64,000 nucleotides of DNA. Source: Rhizophagus irregularis (lineage: Eukaryota). The translations under genes and the position numbers were made by a program. Positions within the stretch are counted from its first letter, which is position 1, and every line of letters begins with the position of its first letter. This document shows, in pieces, positions 26,870-40,111 of the stretch. The stretch spans positions 5,642,001-5,706,000 of the forward strand of contig NC_089431.1 of NCBI RefSeq assembly GCF_026210795.1, written 5' to 3'. A model generated the notes under the pieces. That model was not told the DNA's origin and searched no databases. It saw only the letters and a list, made by a program, of their open reading frames with translations.

Positions 26870-27950
26870 ATAAAGCACCCCCCTTTTTTTGTGCAAGTTC
26901 AATTTTCAAAAAAAGGTCCGTCATTAAGGATTTTTTTCTTTGGCATAAAAGCTTTTAAACTTACAATGTGGGTGTAATTTTTCACCTGCTCTGCAAGTTT
27001 ACTTATGATTCGGAAGAAGGTTTGAATGTCAATTTTGACTTTACATATAGATGATTAATTTATCGTCTTTGCCGATCATTTCCAAAAATAGATTTAGCGA
27101 AAAGAAAAATTTTTGCCAAATAAGTCGATAACGACATTTAAAACCGCTTTTGTCGCTTTATGTAGGACTTGCAGAGCAGCAAAAATTACACCTAGGTAGT
27201 AACATTTTTATTATTTTGTTGCGCCACAATCAGCAAACCTGGCTACACAAAGAAATTTCCCGTGAAAAGAGCATTTTCACGTGATCACCCATTTTATTCA
27301 TATTTACCCCAAAAAATTTCAACCCCACGTGATTTTTGGCCGGCATTAAGAAATTAAGCATGTGACAAATAAGGCGTGATAAATAGTCCCTGGAATTACA
27401 GTAGAAAACAAGAAGGGTGTGACACCGGTGACAAATTTTTAAGGTCACGTGGGTGTAAAATTTTTGTGGCGATGATACTGGGGAAGATTTTTATTCATCA
27501 CAAGGCACTTTTTTTCAGGGGTAGTTCACAAAGCACACCTTTTTTGTGTGCCAGGTTCGTGGCACAGCAAATTTTAAAAAATCATCATTAAGGTTTTTTT
27601 CTTCGATATAGAGCTTTTATTAAACTTATAATGTAGATGTAATTTCACCTGTTCCGCAAGTTTACTTAGGATTCGGAAGAAGGTTACGAATGCCGATTTT
27701 AACTTTACATATAAATGATTGATTTACCGTCTTTGTCGATCATTTCCAAAAAAATGGATTTCGAGAAAGAAAAATTTTTGTTAAATAAGTCAATAATGTT
27801 ATTCAAAATCGCCTTTATCGCTCTAAGTAAACTTGAAGAGCAGTCGAAATTACATTTATCTAGTAATTTTTGAAGTTATATGTTATTAAAAAAAATTTTC
27901 TCTTTATGAATTTTCGTTGCGCTGGCTGCGCCACGAACATGGCACACAAA
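26870..27950. repeat. Two direct copies of a ~370-410 bp palindromic MITE-like element
   Basis: 26887-27251 resembles 27542-27950. The second copy has TIR TTTGTGTGCCA.GTTCGTGGC / GCCACGAACATGGCACACAAA. Confidence 0.7.
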
Positions 27951-28625
27951 TTAAAATGACGTAGAGTTCTCTTTTGCATCCGGTTTATTAAATAAAAATA
28001 AAATGGTTGTTTTTATGTGATATAAAATAGTTATTTATTTTTGTTTTTTAGTTTTAGTCCTTTTAGTTTAACTCTTTATTTGATATTAGACCAATAAATA
28101 AATAAGATATATATTCATTGTAAAATTCCAATATCTGATATATATCAACTATTATATGACAATATTCGTTGAAATTAGGTTTATTAATAAATATCGGTTG
28201 ACGTGACTAAAAAAAATTTTCCTGACCTTAAACCCAAGTACTCAATGCAATTTCACGTTCTCACATAATTTAACACAACTTAACTCCCTTATTTTTCAAA
28301 TAATAAAAATGTTTACATCACATTGTTATAATTTACTGCTGTTGAAATCGAAGTAATTTCTCCGTCTATCTATTAATAGTGTGCTATAAATCTTTTGGTC
28401 ATCGGCATTTTTGTGGTTAACAAAGGTGATTGTATTCAAGCACTAGCGGTAGCTGAAGTAATGACAAAAAATTTTTTCGAAATTAGCGCAAAAAAGTTGA
28501 TTAAAGTCTTAATTTTAATTTTTGCCATACCTATAGGCCATAAGTTTGGAGAAAATTCTATATTACCCCTGACATAGTGACATAGCAAACTAAGCATTAC
28601 TATTTAAACAATTTATTAAAGATTT

Positions 28626-28849
28626 ATTAGACAATGGTATTCCACTTTGTTATTTTCTTGGAATATTGGTATGACAGCTCGTCAGTTTGTCTATGATTGG
28701 TAAACCAGCGAGACATTATTTAACATCGATGTCATCATATCTTTTTTTATAAAGAAATGTCTTTATCTCTCGTCTCATTTCTAAGTTATATAGACCGCTG
28801 TGGGAGGTGTTGGACAAGTTGTGGGTCAAACTGTTAAGTTTAAGGATTA
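28626..28849 (+). pseudogene. Degenerate fragment of the oxidoreductase gene (exon 2-intron-exon 3)
   Basis: attagacaatggtattccactt...atgattggtaaacc...tatatagaccgctgtgggaggtgttggacaagttgtgggtcaaa matches 5959-6228 with indels. Confidence 0.8.
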
Positions 28850-30931
28850 TAGGGAGTTGGGGATAATAGGGTTTTCCCCCAGAAGGAAAAAACCGTAGTA
28901 AATATAACATGTGCGTGATTAACTATTTTAATTCTCCTTTTTATTGACATTTTAAACAGTACTTTTAAATTAGGGATTTCCCGGTTATCTATGAAAATAA
29001 ACGAAGGTTTTCGGCCATTTATAAACATAATCAATTACTCTCAAAAAATTAGCATGGAGTGACACTTAGTGCGACAGGGGATTATGATTTATATTTTTAA
29101 TTCTGATTAATGTGCCAACTATATCGACCCAATCACAATATAGTAAATACGTTAAAAAAGCAGTAACGATAATAGTCCTTTTTCATAATCAAATACCGCA
29201 TCTCCCACGTTGATTATTACTCACACCATATTGAAAACATCAGAAAGAAAAGCCCGGGGAACATAAATTTACTTCACATTTAGATTGATTGATCTTTATT
29301 TTGACAAATGATTAAAATGAATATTTTTATTTTTTTCAATAAAAACTTTAAATATTCTTACAAAACGGACACTTATTTTTTACATTATCATTTTTTTTTT
29401 AGACGTAATGATTTTGTAATACTTTGTAACAACTAATATTTTTATTAATTTGCAATAATTTTAAAATGTTTTACAAGTATTAATGTTTTTATTATAAAAA
29501 TTAATATTTTTTATCCATACGTCGCAAAATTAAGTAACAATTATATATTTTTATTAATATGTAAAGATTTTTAAAATATTTCGTGGATTATTATTCAATG
29601 TTATTAGAAAAAATAAGTTTCAGTTTCATATTAAATAAAAATGCACCATTTGGATATTAATATACTGAATAAAATTTAATAAATTATTTTAAAATTTTTG
29701 TATTCATGAAGATATTAAGTGTCGGGATAATGAATATTAGGATTCTGATCGTTGGGATTTTTGTAAATCCGTTATTTTCACAAGGATATTTTACATATTT
29801 TTATTACTATGTAATGACTCAATGACTCATGCAATTTAAGATGCTCATATATATTATAATTGTATTTGAAATTCCTTTTTAAATCACGAAAAAAATACAG
29901 TAAAATTCAGCCAACTATATTCTAGTCCTTAACAAATTTAATCGCAGATTTGCCAATTTTAAGCTCTAGAAATTTAAAAACTCCCTTATCTAAAATACTC
30001 GCACCACAATTTTACCCTCATAGCGGCAAAATACCCGGTAAAGTTTCACTACATTTAATGAGAAATGCAAAGTGTAATTTTCATGTGGAATATAATTATA
30101 ATGGTTAAAGAAGACAAATATAAGGAAAATGCTACTAATAGAATTAAAAATTCACTTCAATCTTAGATAATATGCCGTTAATGTGAATCCTTAAGGCATA
30201 GGAAAATGGATTAGTTTTATAAGTATTAATGGAAATTAAATATTCAAAATATTTATTTATATACTTCCAAAAACATAATAGCCACAAAACTTGAACTCTT
30301 TAATAAGGTGTTTATTACATCATTCTAATTTGTTTTACAGTGATTTGATCGCAATATATATTCTTAATTATCTTTATAGAGTTGCCATCCACTTGGATAA
30401 AAGCGGTCATATTATAAGAAACTTTTGATCCTAGTTAATTAAGCGTATATAAAATGTATATTGTCTGCTTGTGCGGGCTTTCGTTCAATAGTTTCGTTTT
30501 TGATGTTTGCAACAGCTCGGATTTCGGTAAATTGTTCATATTATTTTATCATGACAAATATAACGTTAATCAAATACTGTAATATTAATATAATGTAGGG
30601 ATTGCTTATTTGGAAAATATAACGTTTATTTGCTTTGAAACTAAATTTTTTAATAATCATAATTTTCAAGTATCAAAGTTTAACAATCGATAAAATAAAA
30701 AGAAAATTTTCGGTAACGTAAAAAGCAGTAAATATATTAATAAACTTCTCACCATGTATTTTTTCTGCGAAGTTTATTATTCTTTTATTATATGCAGTAG
30801 AACTATCAAGTTTTGAAAAGACTTTATTAATACAATAAAAATATTATCTTTATTACATTAATAAGAAAACCAACAATAGATTTTACGAAATAAAAAAGAA
30901 TCGTGAGAAATATTTTAGATAAAAGTTTCTT

Positions 30932-31203
30932 TAGTGCTTCGATCCGAGTCCGGTTTATCCGGATTTTATTCAGGATTTCGACGGATTTTTATCCGGATTG
31001 TAAGTTTCGGATAATTTAAAGTATTTCGGGAACTAATGATCAGAACTCTATGATTCATAAGCTCTTAATGCTACGAATGTGATCATAGTACTGAAAATTA
31101 AAAATAATAAGTTTTAACCCGAATTTTATTTTAATAACTATTTTCATCTGGATAAAATAATTATTTTATCCGGATAACGGTTTTTATCCGGATCGAAGAA
31201 CTA
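30932..31203. mobile_element. hAT-like MITE (TAGTGCTTCGATCCG...CGGATCGAAGAACTA)
   Basis: TAG..CTA termini and many ATCCGGAT subterminal motifs. A related end lies at ~22940-23048. No TSD found. Confidence 0.55.
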
Positions 31204-31470
31204 CGGTCGTACGCAGTAAAAATAATTTCTTTAAAAAAAAGCTTATACAACTACTTTGTTTTATTTTATCTATTTTAATTTTTTTTTAATCACAAGCCCA
31301 TTTTCATATGATATTAATCATTGACGTGCCCGTCGCGTCCTCTTTTTCAACGCTAAAATAAATACTAATTTTTAAACAAATGAAATTATGACATTATTGT
31401 TCACTCAATGGAATGTTATACAAAAAAATAAGCGAAACCCACAAAGACCTTTGCGAGTTACAATTATCAA

Positions 31471-31627
31471 CCCTGTAAAAAATGTTGATCCGTGTTTTAT
31501 AATTCCATGTTTTATAGTCTTAAATCATGGAAATTTCATCTCTTTAACACGGATATCCGTGAATGTATCATTTCACGGAATTTTTACGAAAGCCATGGAA
31601 ATATTCGGATAAAAATTTTTTATAGGG
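31471..31627. mobile_element. CCCT-terminated MITE
   Basis: CCCTGTAAAAAATGTTGATCCG ... CGGATAAAAATTTTTTATAGGG, flanked by AA on both sides. Confidence 0.65.
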
Positions 31628-32032
31628 AACAGTGATTCGCTGAAGAACTTTTTTAAATTGAGTCATTTTAATATACTGTTAAACTATCATAGTTTAGTCC
31701 TGCAATCCATGATTGGTATGAGTTTTTTCCTTAAAATAGATAACTTTTAAATCATACAGTACAAAACTTGAAAGTACTATATACAGTATGGGCCGTGACT
31801 TATAGTACCATGAATGATGTTATTGTGATTCACAGCTGCGACGTAAAAATCATGATGCCTATCCCGTGTCCATTAAAATATCAAACCAAACTGAGAGAAA
31901 AATTAGATTACATAGATCATTTTTCCAAAAATTTTCAAAAATTCCGTACCGTACCGTACTATATATATTATATATATTAGAGCCAGTACAGTACGGTACG
32001 GTTAATTTTTTTTATATATATCCAAATAACTA

Positions 32033-32757
32033 CGGACATTAATGTCCAAATAACCACCATAGTTAAATGGACATTGGTGTCCAAATAATCATTATGCTAA
32101 ATGTACCATTTAATTATGGTGGTTATTTGGAAGGTTATGCCTTACGGTGTCCGGTCCGATGATCCTTCTGAGTTCAGTCATGTCAATTTTTAGCACAGTC
32201 ATGTGAATTTGGGTCCGGATCATCGGACCATGCGGTCCAGTTATTCGCTTAAAATTACTTGGGTCCGATTGATTATAAAGCTTGATCTACGCGATTTTTT
32301 TTTGCTATTCGCTTTATAATGAGAGTTAAAAAAAAATCATTTTTACTAATATAAATATTTAATGGGATAATAGTTGTAGTAGATTTTGTAATAAGCTAAT
32401 GCAAAATGTATTCGCATAAATTGCAAGGTCCCTCTTGTTTCAATAAAATTAAGATGCAAGCATTGTTACTTTTAATTTTTGCATTTTATTGTATAAAATA
32501 TTTATTTAAATCTACAACTAATTATTAAATACAAGAAAAAAAAATAAAATGTAGATCGGTCATGTCGGTCTGATCGATCAAAATCACAGGACTCAGAAAA
32601 GTTAACTCAGTCTGATAGTAGCAAAGTCCGATTAAAGTTTAAATTCGGTCTGCATCAAAATTCATATGACTGTGCTAAAAATTAACATGACTGGACTCAG
32701 AAAGATCATCGGACCGGACTCAGTAAAGATATATTCTTATTTGGACATTAATGTCCG
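32033..32757. mobile_element. Tc1/mariner-type MITE, TA-flanked (outer)
   Basis: Perfect TIR CGGACATTAATGTCCAAATAA / TTATTTGGACATTAATGTCCG with TA on both sides. Confidence 0.75.
32145..32723. mobile_element. Tc1/mariner-type MITE, TA-flanked (nested inner)
   Basis: ~65-bp TIR (GTCCGGTCCGATGATC..CTGAG..CAGTCATG...). TA at 32143-32144 and 32724-32725. Confidence 0.75.
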
Positions 32758-33244
32758 TAAGATTATGCTGTTCTAAAATACGTTAATTTCTTTCATCAAA
32801 AATAAAAAATATTTAACTACATACTAGGCCGGTTCACTTCTGGTCGGATGTATTAATATCGTTAATTTTTAAATACAGTATATCGGTTTTATTTATTTTT
32901 CTTTTTTCGATCTTAGGACTAATATGGAACGCTATAACTAGGTTTAAAGGAATAAATATCAATTTACAACACTCCTCTTTAATAAATAACACAATCGCAT
33001 GTAATACACATTATTTATTTTTTTTTAAGAAAGTTGAAACTTGAAAGTTATCAGTAACACACTAAAAAAAAAGAAACTACGAATAACGTTTCAGAATATG
33101 TTCATTCTATTAAATAAAAAATTAAAAAGCTTAATTAGTATATACGTTAAGAAATACTCAACTATCTTGTTGAAACGCTAAATTTTAGTAAAATTCTCTA
33201 CTTAAAAGTTTTTAATTTCAATATAGGGATTGAAGCCCAATATT

Positions 33245-33424
33245 GAGACACCCCATGCCGAGAGAAACTCAGTAAGATTCGGTATAACTCAGAATAAATA
33301 AAAACTACACCACCGTGTTCGGACCAGTGCTCCGAATCTAACAATATGGTTTTACCTTATTCTGAACTTTACCGAGTTTTACCGAATGTACCGAGTCGTC
33401 TCTCGGTAAACTATTAGGTGTCCC
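33245..33424. mobile_element. Small foldback MITE-like element
   Basis: CCGAGAGA.ACTC.GTA..TTCGGTA.AACTC pairs with GAGTTTTACCGAA..TACCGAGTC.TCTCTCGG. Outer GAGACACC/GGTGTCCC. Confidence 0.55.
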
Positions 33425-33459
33425 GTACATTATGAAATCAGCTGTAATATATGTTACAA

Positions 33460-33616
33460 AGGGACCGAGAAAAGTATCGGCATACGTTCCATCGCGAAAT
33501 TATACAATATCAATACAACGCGGTTTTTCTTATTATACGTGAAACGGGACAATGAAATTTATCGATACAGGAAATTATCGATACATCGGGGATCGGTACA
33601 TAGAGGTTTGACTGTA
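33460..33616. mobile_element. pogo/Tigger-like MITE remnant (one end)
   Basis: Right end AGAGGTTTGACTG-TA, the reverse of TA-CAGTCAAACCTCT. The left end was not found. Confidence 0.5.
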
Positions 33617-34475
33617 TTCATTTATGTAATCTGTCATATTGGCTACTTTTCTTTCCTCCTTTACCGACACAATTTTTGAAGTTAATTATTTTACAATAGA
33701 TAAATACGATTTAACATATGGTGTTAAATTATTTATTCAGAATTCAAATTACATCATTCCTTTTCAATAATAAAATCATTATCTCTATATTGAGGAGGCA
33801 GTAAGAATTTTACCTGATTGAATCACAAAAGATTAATTAATAACACCAAAGAAAGAAACGTGTATGTATATATATATTGAACAAAAAATTATTAAAATAT
33901 ACGTCAATGTATTACTCAACTACCTTGTTAACGTTAAATTTTTATTTTTTATTAAAAATTTCTGCTCAAAAATCGTTAATTTCGTATAATTAATTAATTA
34001 TTCATCTACCGTACGAATAAAATACTCAAAATCTAATAGAAATAGGAAACGTTTGATATTAAATCTCAACGCGTAGACGGATTAATACAGTATATACGAA
34101 GCAGTAATTTTAATAAAAACGAATTAATATACATTTTAGATAGTTAATTTTGAAAAAAAAAAAAATTTTTTGATATCGAACTTAAACATACCGACAAAGA
34201 AATAAAGATAATTCCATTTGTTACACCGAATTATGTTATGATGAAAAATTAATACAATTGTTTTTTACTTAAATGTAAAACATCATTACATGAAATACTT
34301 ACTTATTTTCATTTAATTATATATTTTCTGAATCTAATTACTGTAAAGTTCTATTAAAAATGTTACAACATAATTCTCTTAAAACCTAATTTCCCTAAAT
34401 ACGTCATTCTATAAAATGTTCCACACATATTTCAAATAAATGTTAAAATATCAAAATCTATTAAGAAAAAAATTA

Positions 34476-36755
34476 CTATAACTTATTTTCATATTCTTCA
34501 TATAATTTGAGCGCTTTAATTTCATCTTTTTCAGTTCCTACTCCTTTTTCATAACAATACCCAAGATCATATATTGAATATACATGCCCTTTCTCAACTA
34601 ATTCTTTATATAATTCAAATGCTTTAATTTCATCTTTTACGGTTCCAATTCCATGTTGATAACATTCTCCAAGATTATTCATTGAAATAATATCACCTTT
34701 TTCAGCTGCTTCTTTATATAATTTAAATGCCTTAATCTCATCTTTTATAATGCCAATTCCATGTTGGTAGCAATACGCAAGATTATTTAACGCGTTAACG
34801 TCACCTTTCTCAGCCGCATTTTCATACAATTCAAATGCCTTAATCACATTTTTTTTAACTCCAACTCCATAAAAATAGCATTCTCCAAGTTGATATGTCG
34901 ACTTAATATTACCCTTTTCAGCCGCTGTTTTATATAATTCAAATGCTTTATTTGCATCTTTTTCGATCCCTATTCCATGTCGAAAAAAATCACCAAGAAG
35001 AATAATATTTTGTCGTTTATCCATATTATCCAAAAAATAATTCATTATTTCATTCTCATTCTTGTTATTTGGCGTAATATATTGTTTAATTAACTGAATA
35101 TAATTGTCTTTATCAATCCCTCCTTGAAGAAATTTTTCATATAATAAGAAAAGTTTGTTAATAAGTTTTTTGTGATAATCGAAATTAAATGAACTTCCAT
35201 CTATCTCCATAGTATTACTTTCAGGAAGTTTAATTTGTAATGAATTAGTTATATTAGTAATCCATGAACAAAGATTATCGTCTCTATTATTACATTTCAA
35301 CTTTTCATTTTTATTCTCTAGTGATTTTAGGTCTGAAAATACTTGATGAATGTCTGGTCTATCTTCTGGATTACACTGCCAGCAACCTAAAATAATTTTT
35401 AAATTAAATAATAAAGGGAATTAGATTATAACATAAATGATAAGGAACGACCAGCGTCGTAAATATTACGAATGATAAATTATCAAGAATAAATTATTAT
35501 TATTATAAAAATAAATAATATATTACTTGTATAAACTTCAACATATTTATCGGGCATCCCAGGTACTGGACTTTCTCTTTTTCCATTTTGAAGCTCCGTA
35601 ATTAATGTGTGTGAATAATAGGATTCAAACGGTAATCGTCCAGACGATATCTCCCATAGAAGCACACCGACACTATATACATCTGATTTCTTGTTTGCTT
35701 TATAATGTTGTTCATTATTGGTTTGTTCTTTTGGCTCTTTTTGATCTTTAAAAAGTAATGGATCGATATAAGGCAACATTCCAATAACTCCCTTGACAGA
35801 ATTTGATACTTCAGCCAATCTACGTGAAAGACCAAAATCCGCTAATTTGACCTTGTTCTGATGAACTAATATATTCTTTGAATGCTATTTTTTTTACAAA
35901 TTAAAAATTAATATCAATAATAATGTAATAAAAATCAAAAACAAAATACGTACCAAATCACGATGTATAATATTCTTTTGATGTAAACATGAGACCGCAT
36001 CAGAAATTTGTATAGCAAATTGTAACTTTGTACTCAAATCCAATTTACTGAAATTTTCTTTTAAATAATCCCTCAACGTACCACTATCAGCATATTCAAG
36101 AATAAATAAGTAATCTGGATCAATACTATCCTCATTATCTGAAATATGATAATATATTTATTATTAATAATTAAATTTTGTTTAATATGATACAACACTT
36201 ATTGAAGATAATATACAAGCAATATGGACTTTGTAATTAGAAGAAGGGAATTGTTTGTAAAAAAAAAAAGAAAAAAAATAGCGCATACACCGTAAATACC
36301 GGGACGTTTTGATAACCTAATAAGCACTGCAGAGTGGGCCTTATTGATGTTGATGATTACTTACTTTTTCTTTTAGTAATACCAAAAAATTTAATAATAT
36401 TTGCGTGAAAATGAACCTCCTGTAATAATTGTAACTATAAAAGAAAAATATTTGTTATAACATTAATATTACTTATTTTTTGACAAATATTAAATGATAT
36501 TTTTTTATTCTTATCATTTACCTCATTAACAATTTCTTTCATAATACAAGTACCTTTAAAAGATTTTAGTGCAACAACGGTATCGGAACCCTTCCAATTT
36601 GTTTTATACACATTACCAAATCCTCCTTTACCTACAAATTCTTGATTTTGAAATTCACTATAATCATGATAATTTATGTAACGATTTTTAATTCCATTCT
36701 CGATCCATCGAATTGATTCATCTGTGTCTGTGTTAACATTTATACTATTTGCCAT
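34476..36755 (-). CDS. Kinase-Sel1 copy 5: intact TKL-like kinase + helical linker + ~5 Sel1 repeats
   Basis: Exons 36755-36522, 36434-36365, 36138-35954, 35884-35527 and 35386-34476 join in frame. Motifs GKGGFG, VALK, HRDLHSKN, DFG. Ends YEEYENKL*. Confidence 0.88.
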
Positions 36756-37720
36756 TTTTTTAAAAAGAATTTTGTCTTGAGAAAGAAAAACTCCGGTGAA
36801 AAAAAAATGCATGCACAAAAATAATTATACTAAATCGAGTGTTGATCCGGCACACATTTCCGGATCGACAAGTCACATGATTGTGAGTGCAGTCAGATGA
36901 TCTTTCTAAGTGTTGTCTTGAATATCACCATTTGTATAATATTATCTGAGTCTATAAATTCAAAAAATTCAAACAGATCAGACTTATTTGATTATTCGGT
37001 TAACCAATTAACCGATTAACGTTAGTCGTCTTTTTTTATTAGCTATAAAAAAAATGTAAAAATATATATATACTGAACATCTATGTATATTATCAAATTA
37101 ATGAGCACGAAAACTACATTAAAAAATAATTATTACTAAACTTCTTTATCCTCTTTATATAGAAATAAAAAAATTTTTCGCTCAAAATTTTCATCCAATC
37201 AAAGGTCCTCACGTAATGTGATTTGGTCCGTGTTGATTTTTTTTAAAAAAAATATATAATAATAAACATAATAAAAATACAATGTACTAAAAAAATTCAT
37301 CGTAAATAGTATTAGTAATGTTAAAAAATAAATATTTCATAGTAAATATTCTCTTACTAAATTTGATTCATTTGATTAAAAATGCCATAATGCAAATTAT
37401 TACACTATAAAAAATCTTTGTAAAAAGTTTTGCAATTTCACGCCCATCTTTTTTAAAATTAAGCTGTGGCTGAATCTTTTTTTTAAATGAGTTGATATTT
37501 TTAGTAATACTAATTACTTATTGGAATAATAGATTTTAAGATTCACATTGAAAACAGGGGAATTATAATCTGTATTCCGAATGGATCATATGTAAGATTA
37601 GATCATTTTAACATATTACTTACCAAATATGGAAACAATAATGGGAACTTTATAATATTAAAATTTTTATATAAATATGGTAGTTTACTGTCATTTAACT
37701 TTCACTCTTTCAATTATATT

Positions 37721-38922
37721 ATGGGACGACTCAGATATTCTTACACTTGTGGAGTATGCAATTTTAAAACCAAAACGATTCCATGTACAAAATGTACTAA
37801 ATATGAACGTCATAATAATTTTGACAGCGGATATAAAAATGTAGATGATATGATTATTGCATCACAAAGCCATGCGAAAGATGATAGGGATTTTCTTGAA
37901 TGGATAGAATTCTCTCAGTTAAGAATTTTAGAAACATTGGATGAAGGAGGATTTGGAACAGTTTATAAAGCTAAATGGCTTGACGGTTTACCTATGGATG
38001 CAAGTGATGTTGGTAGAGCTTGGAATAGAAGTCATTTTAATTATGTTGTCGCAGTAAAATTCTTTCATAATAATAAAGATTTTTTAAAAGAGGTAAAGTA
38101 ACATTTTTGAAGATATTATTATTATTAAAAAAATCCTAATATTTTATTTTATTTAAGTTTACAAATATTTACAAGATGGTAAGAAAATTTTCCGAAGAGA
38201 ACGAATTTCCATCAAATATCGTTCATTATTATGGTGCTACATATGATTACGACAATGAGCATTACGGTATTGTTATGGAATACTATTCACATACTTCTTT
38301 GATTAATCATCTAACTTATAATTGGCAAGAAATTTATTGGATGGAAAAATTATATATTCTTCGAGACATTTCCTATGGGCTCCATACACTTCATAGTCAA
38401 AACCTAATTCACGGAGATTTGCATAGCGGTAATGTAATGATTGATTATACCGATGAATCGGATATCGCATTTCTTGGTGATCTGGGATTTTGTAGATTTG
38501 AAGAAACCGTGATAACAAATAATTGTTTTAATGGCGTAATACCTTTTATTGCTCCAGAAATCTTTGAAGGATTTCCATATAGCAAAAAAGCTGACATTTA
38601 TAGTTTTGGAATGATTATGTATCATATTTCAACTAACAAAGCTCCTTTCTATTATCGAGCCCATGATACTAAATTAGCCAAACAAATTTCTAATGGACTT
38701 AGACCAAAAGTTTATCAAGAAGATGGAATTCCACGTTGTTTTGTAAATTTAATGCGTAATTGTTGGAATTCTGATGTTAGAAGTCGACCTAATGCTTACA
38801 CTTTATATGAGAAATTCAATTCTTGGATCGAGTATAGTGAAGCATTTGAAGATATGGAATGGAACATAACTGAGCCATCTATTTATCATAGAAAAGCTGT
38901 TTATACGAGCCGATCATGGTAA
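37721..38922 (+). CDS. TKL-like protein kinase with N-terminal CxxC..CxxC motif, 2 exons
   Basis: Exons 37721-38092 and 38158-38922. Motifs EGGFGTVYKAKW, VAVK, HGDLHSGN, DLG, APE, DIYSFG, CW...RP. Confidence 0.9.
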
Positions 38923-39818
38923 GATTTTCGTAAAAAAAATTTATAATTACAAGATACGTCGACATTTATATAATAAAATTTAAATTTAGGTGGCAATAAA
39001 ATTTTATTATGAAGTTTTTACAAAATTATAGTATAGTATTTAGTCCGAATTGCTAAGGATAATGGTTCTTTATAAAGTATATTCATCTACTATTAATTAG
39101 GAAGGAAATTTCACTATTAATTATATACAGTAATATGTTTTATGTTTTATTTATAATTTATCAAATTCACTATTTTATAATTTGCACTATAAACAATTTG
39201 CATTTTTAAAATCAAAAAAAAAAGAAACTGTGTTATGCTTGTCACATACAAAATATGCTCTATTAAACTTTTAATCACATTGTTATAAATTCTCGCTTTT
39301 GATTGGCTTTTTATTTAACTTATCACAAAAATTGGAAAAAACGAAAAAATTCTCTTTAAGTTGATCTTTGTCGTACGCTTATTGAAAAATTCTTTCACAA
39401 TCTTTAAACATATTTGCGTAATAACTTGCTAAAAGAATAAAGTTTGCAGATCATTTTGTACTTGTTGCAATATATTCAACAGATAATTTTGATAGGATAG
39501 CATTACTAAAGAAAGTATTCAAATTTAAATGAGTAATTAAATGAATACTGAAGTCTGTCCTTAATAACTCTGATATGTTAGTAGTTTAGGAATTCGGCGT
39601 GGATCATGGGAAATTTTTGTTTACATATTGCGTTATTTTTAGGACACTCATTTTACGGAAAATCCGTTAAAGGATTAACTCAACGGGAAATAATGGTGTA
39701 GTTTATAAATTGAAATCACGCTTGATGTGACATTTAATATATCTATTTTAATTTATTCAGCATTTTATACATACCTGCTTTACGTAAAATAAATAAATTA
39801 ATATCTATTAGATATATA

Positions 39819-40111
39819 CGGGATCCGTCCAAAATCCCGAAGCTCGGAATCTCGATGGTACAATATCCCGACATTCTAAATTCCGACACTCAAAATCCTG
39901 ACAAAATCTTAATCCCAAAATGTCATATAATAATTATAATCCCGACACCCAATAATACTGATTTTCTTTCTAAATCATTTCGGTATTTTGAATTTCGAGC
40001 TTGGCTTAGATTATAACATTTCGGTATTTTGATTTTTCAGATTTTGATATCGGGATATTAATCTTATTATACCATCGGGATTCTGAGCTTCGGGATTTCG
40101 TACCAAACTCA
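39819..40111. mobile_element. TA-flanked foldback MITE
   Basis: AAATCCCGAAGCTCGGAATCTCGATGGTA pairs with TACCATCGGGATTCTGAGCTTCGGGATTT. Internal ATCCCGA repeats and TATA flanks. Confidence 0.65.
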
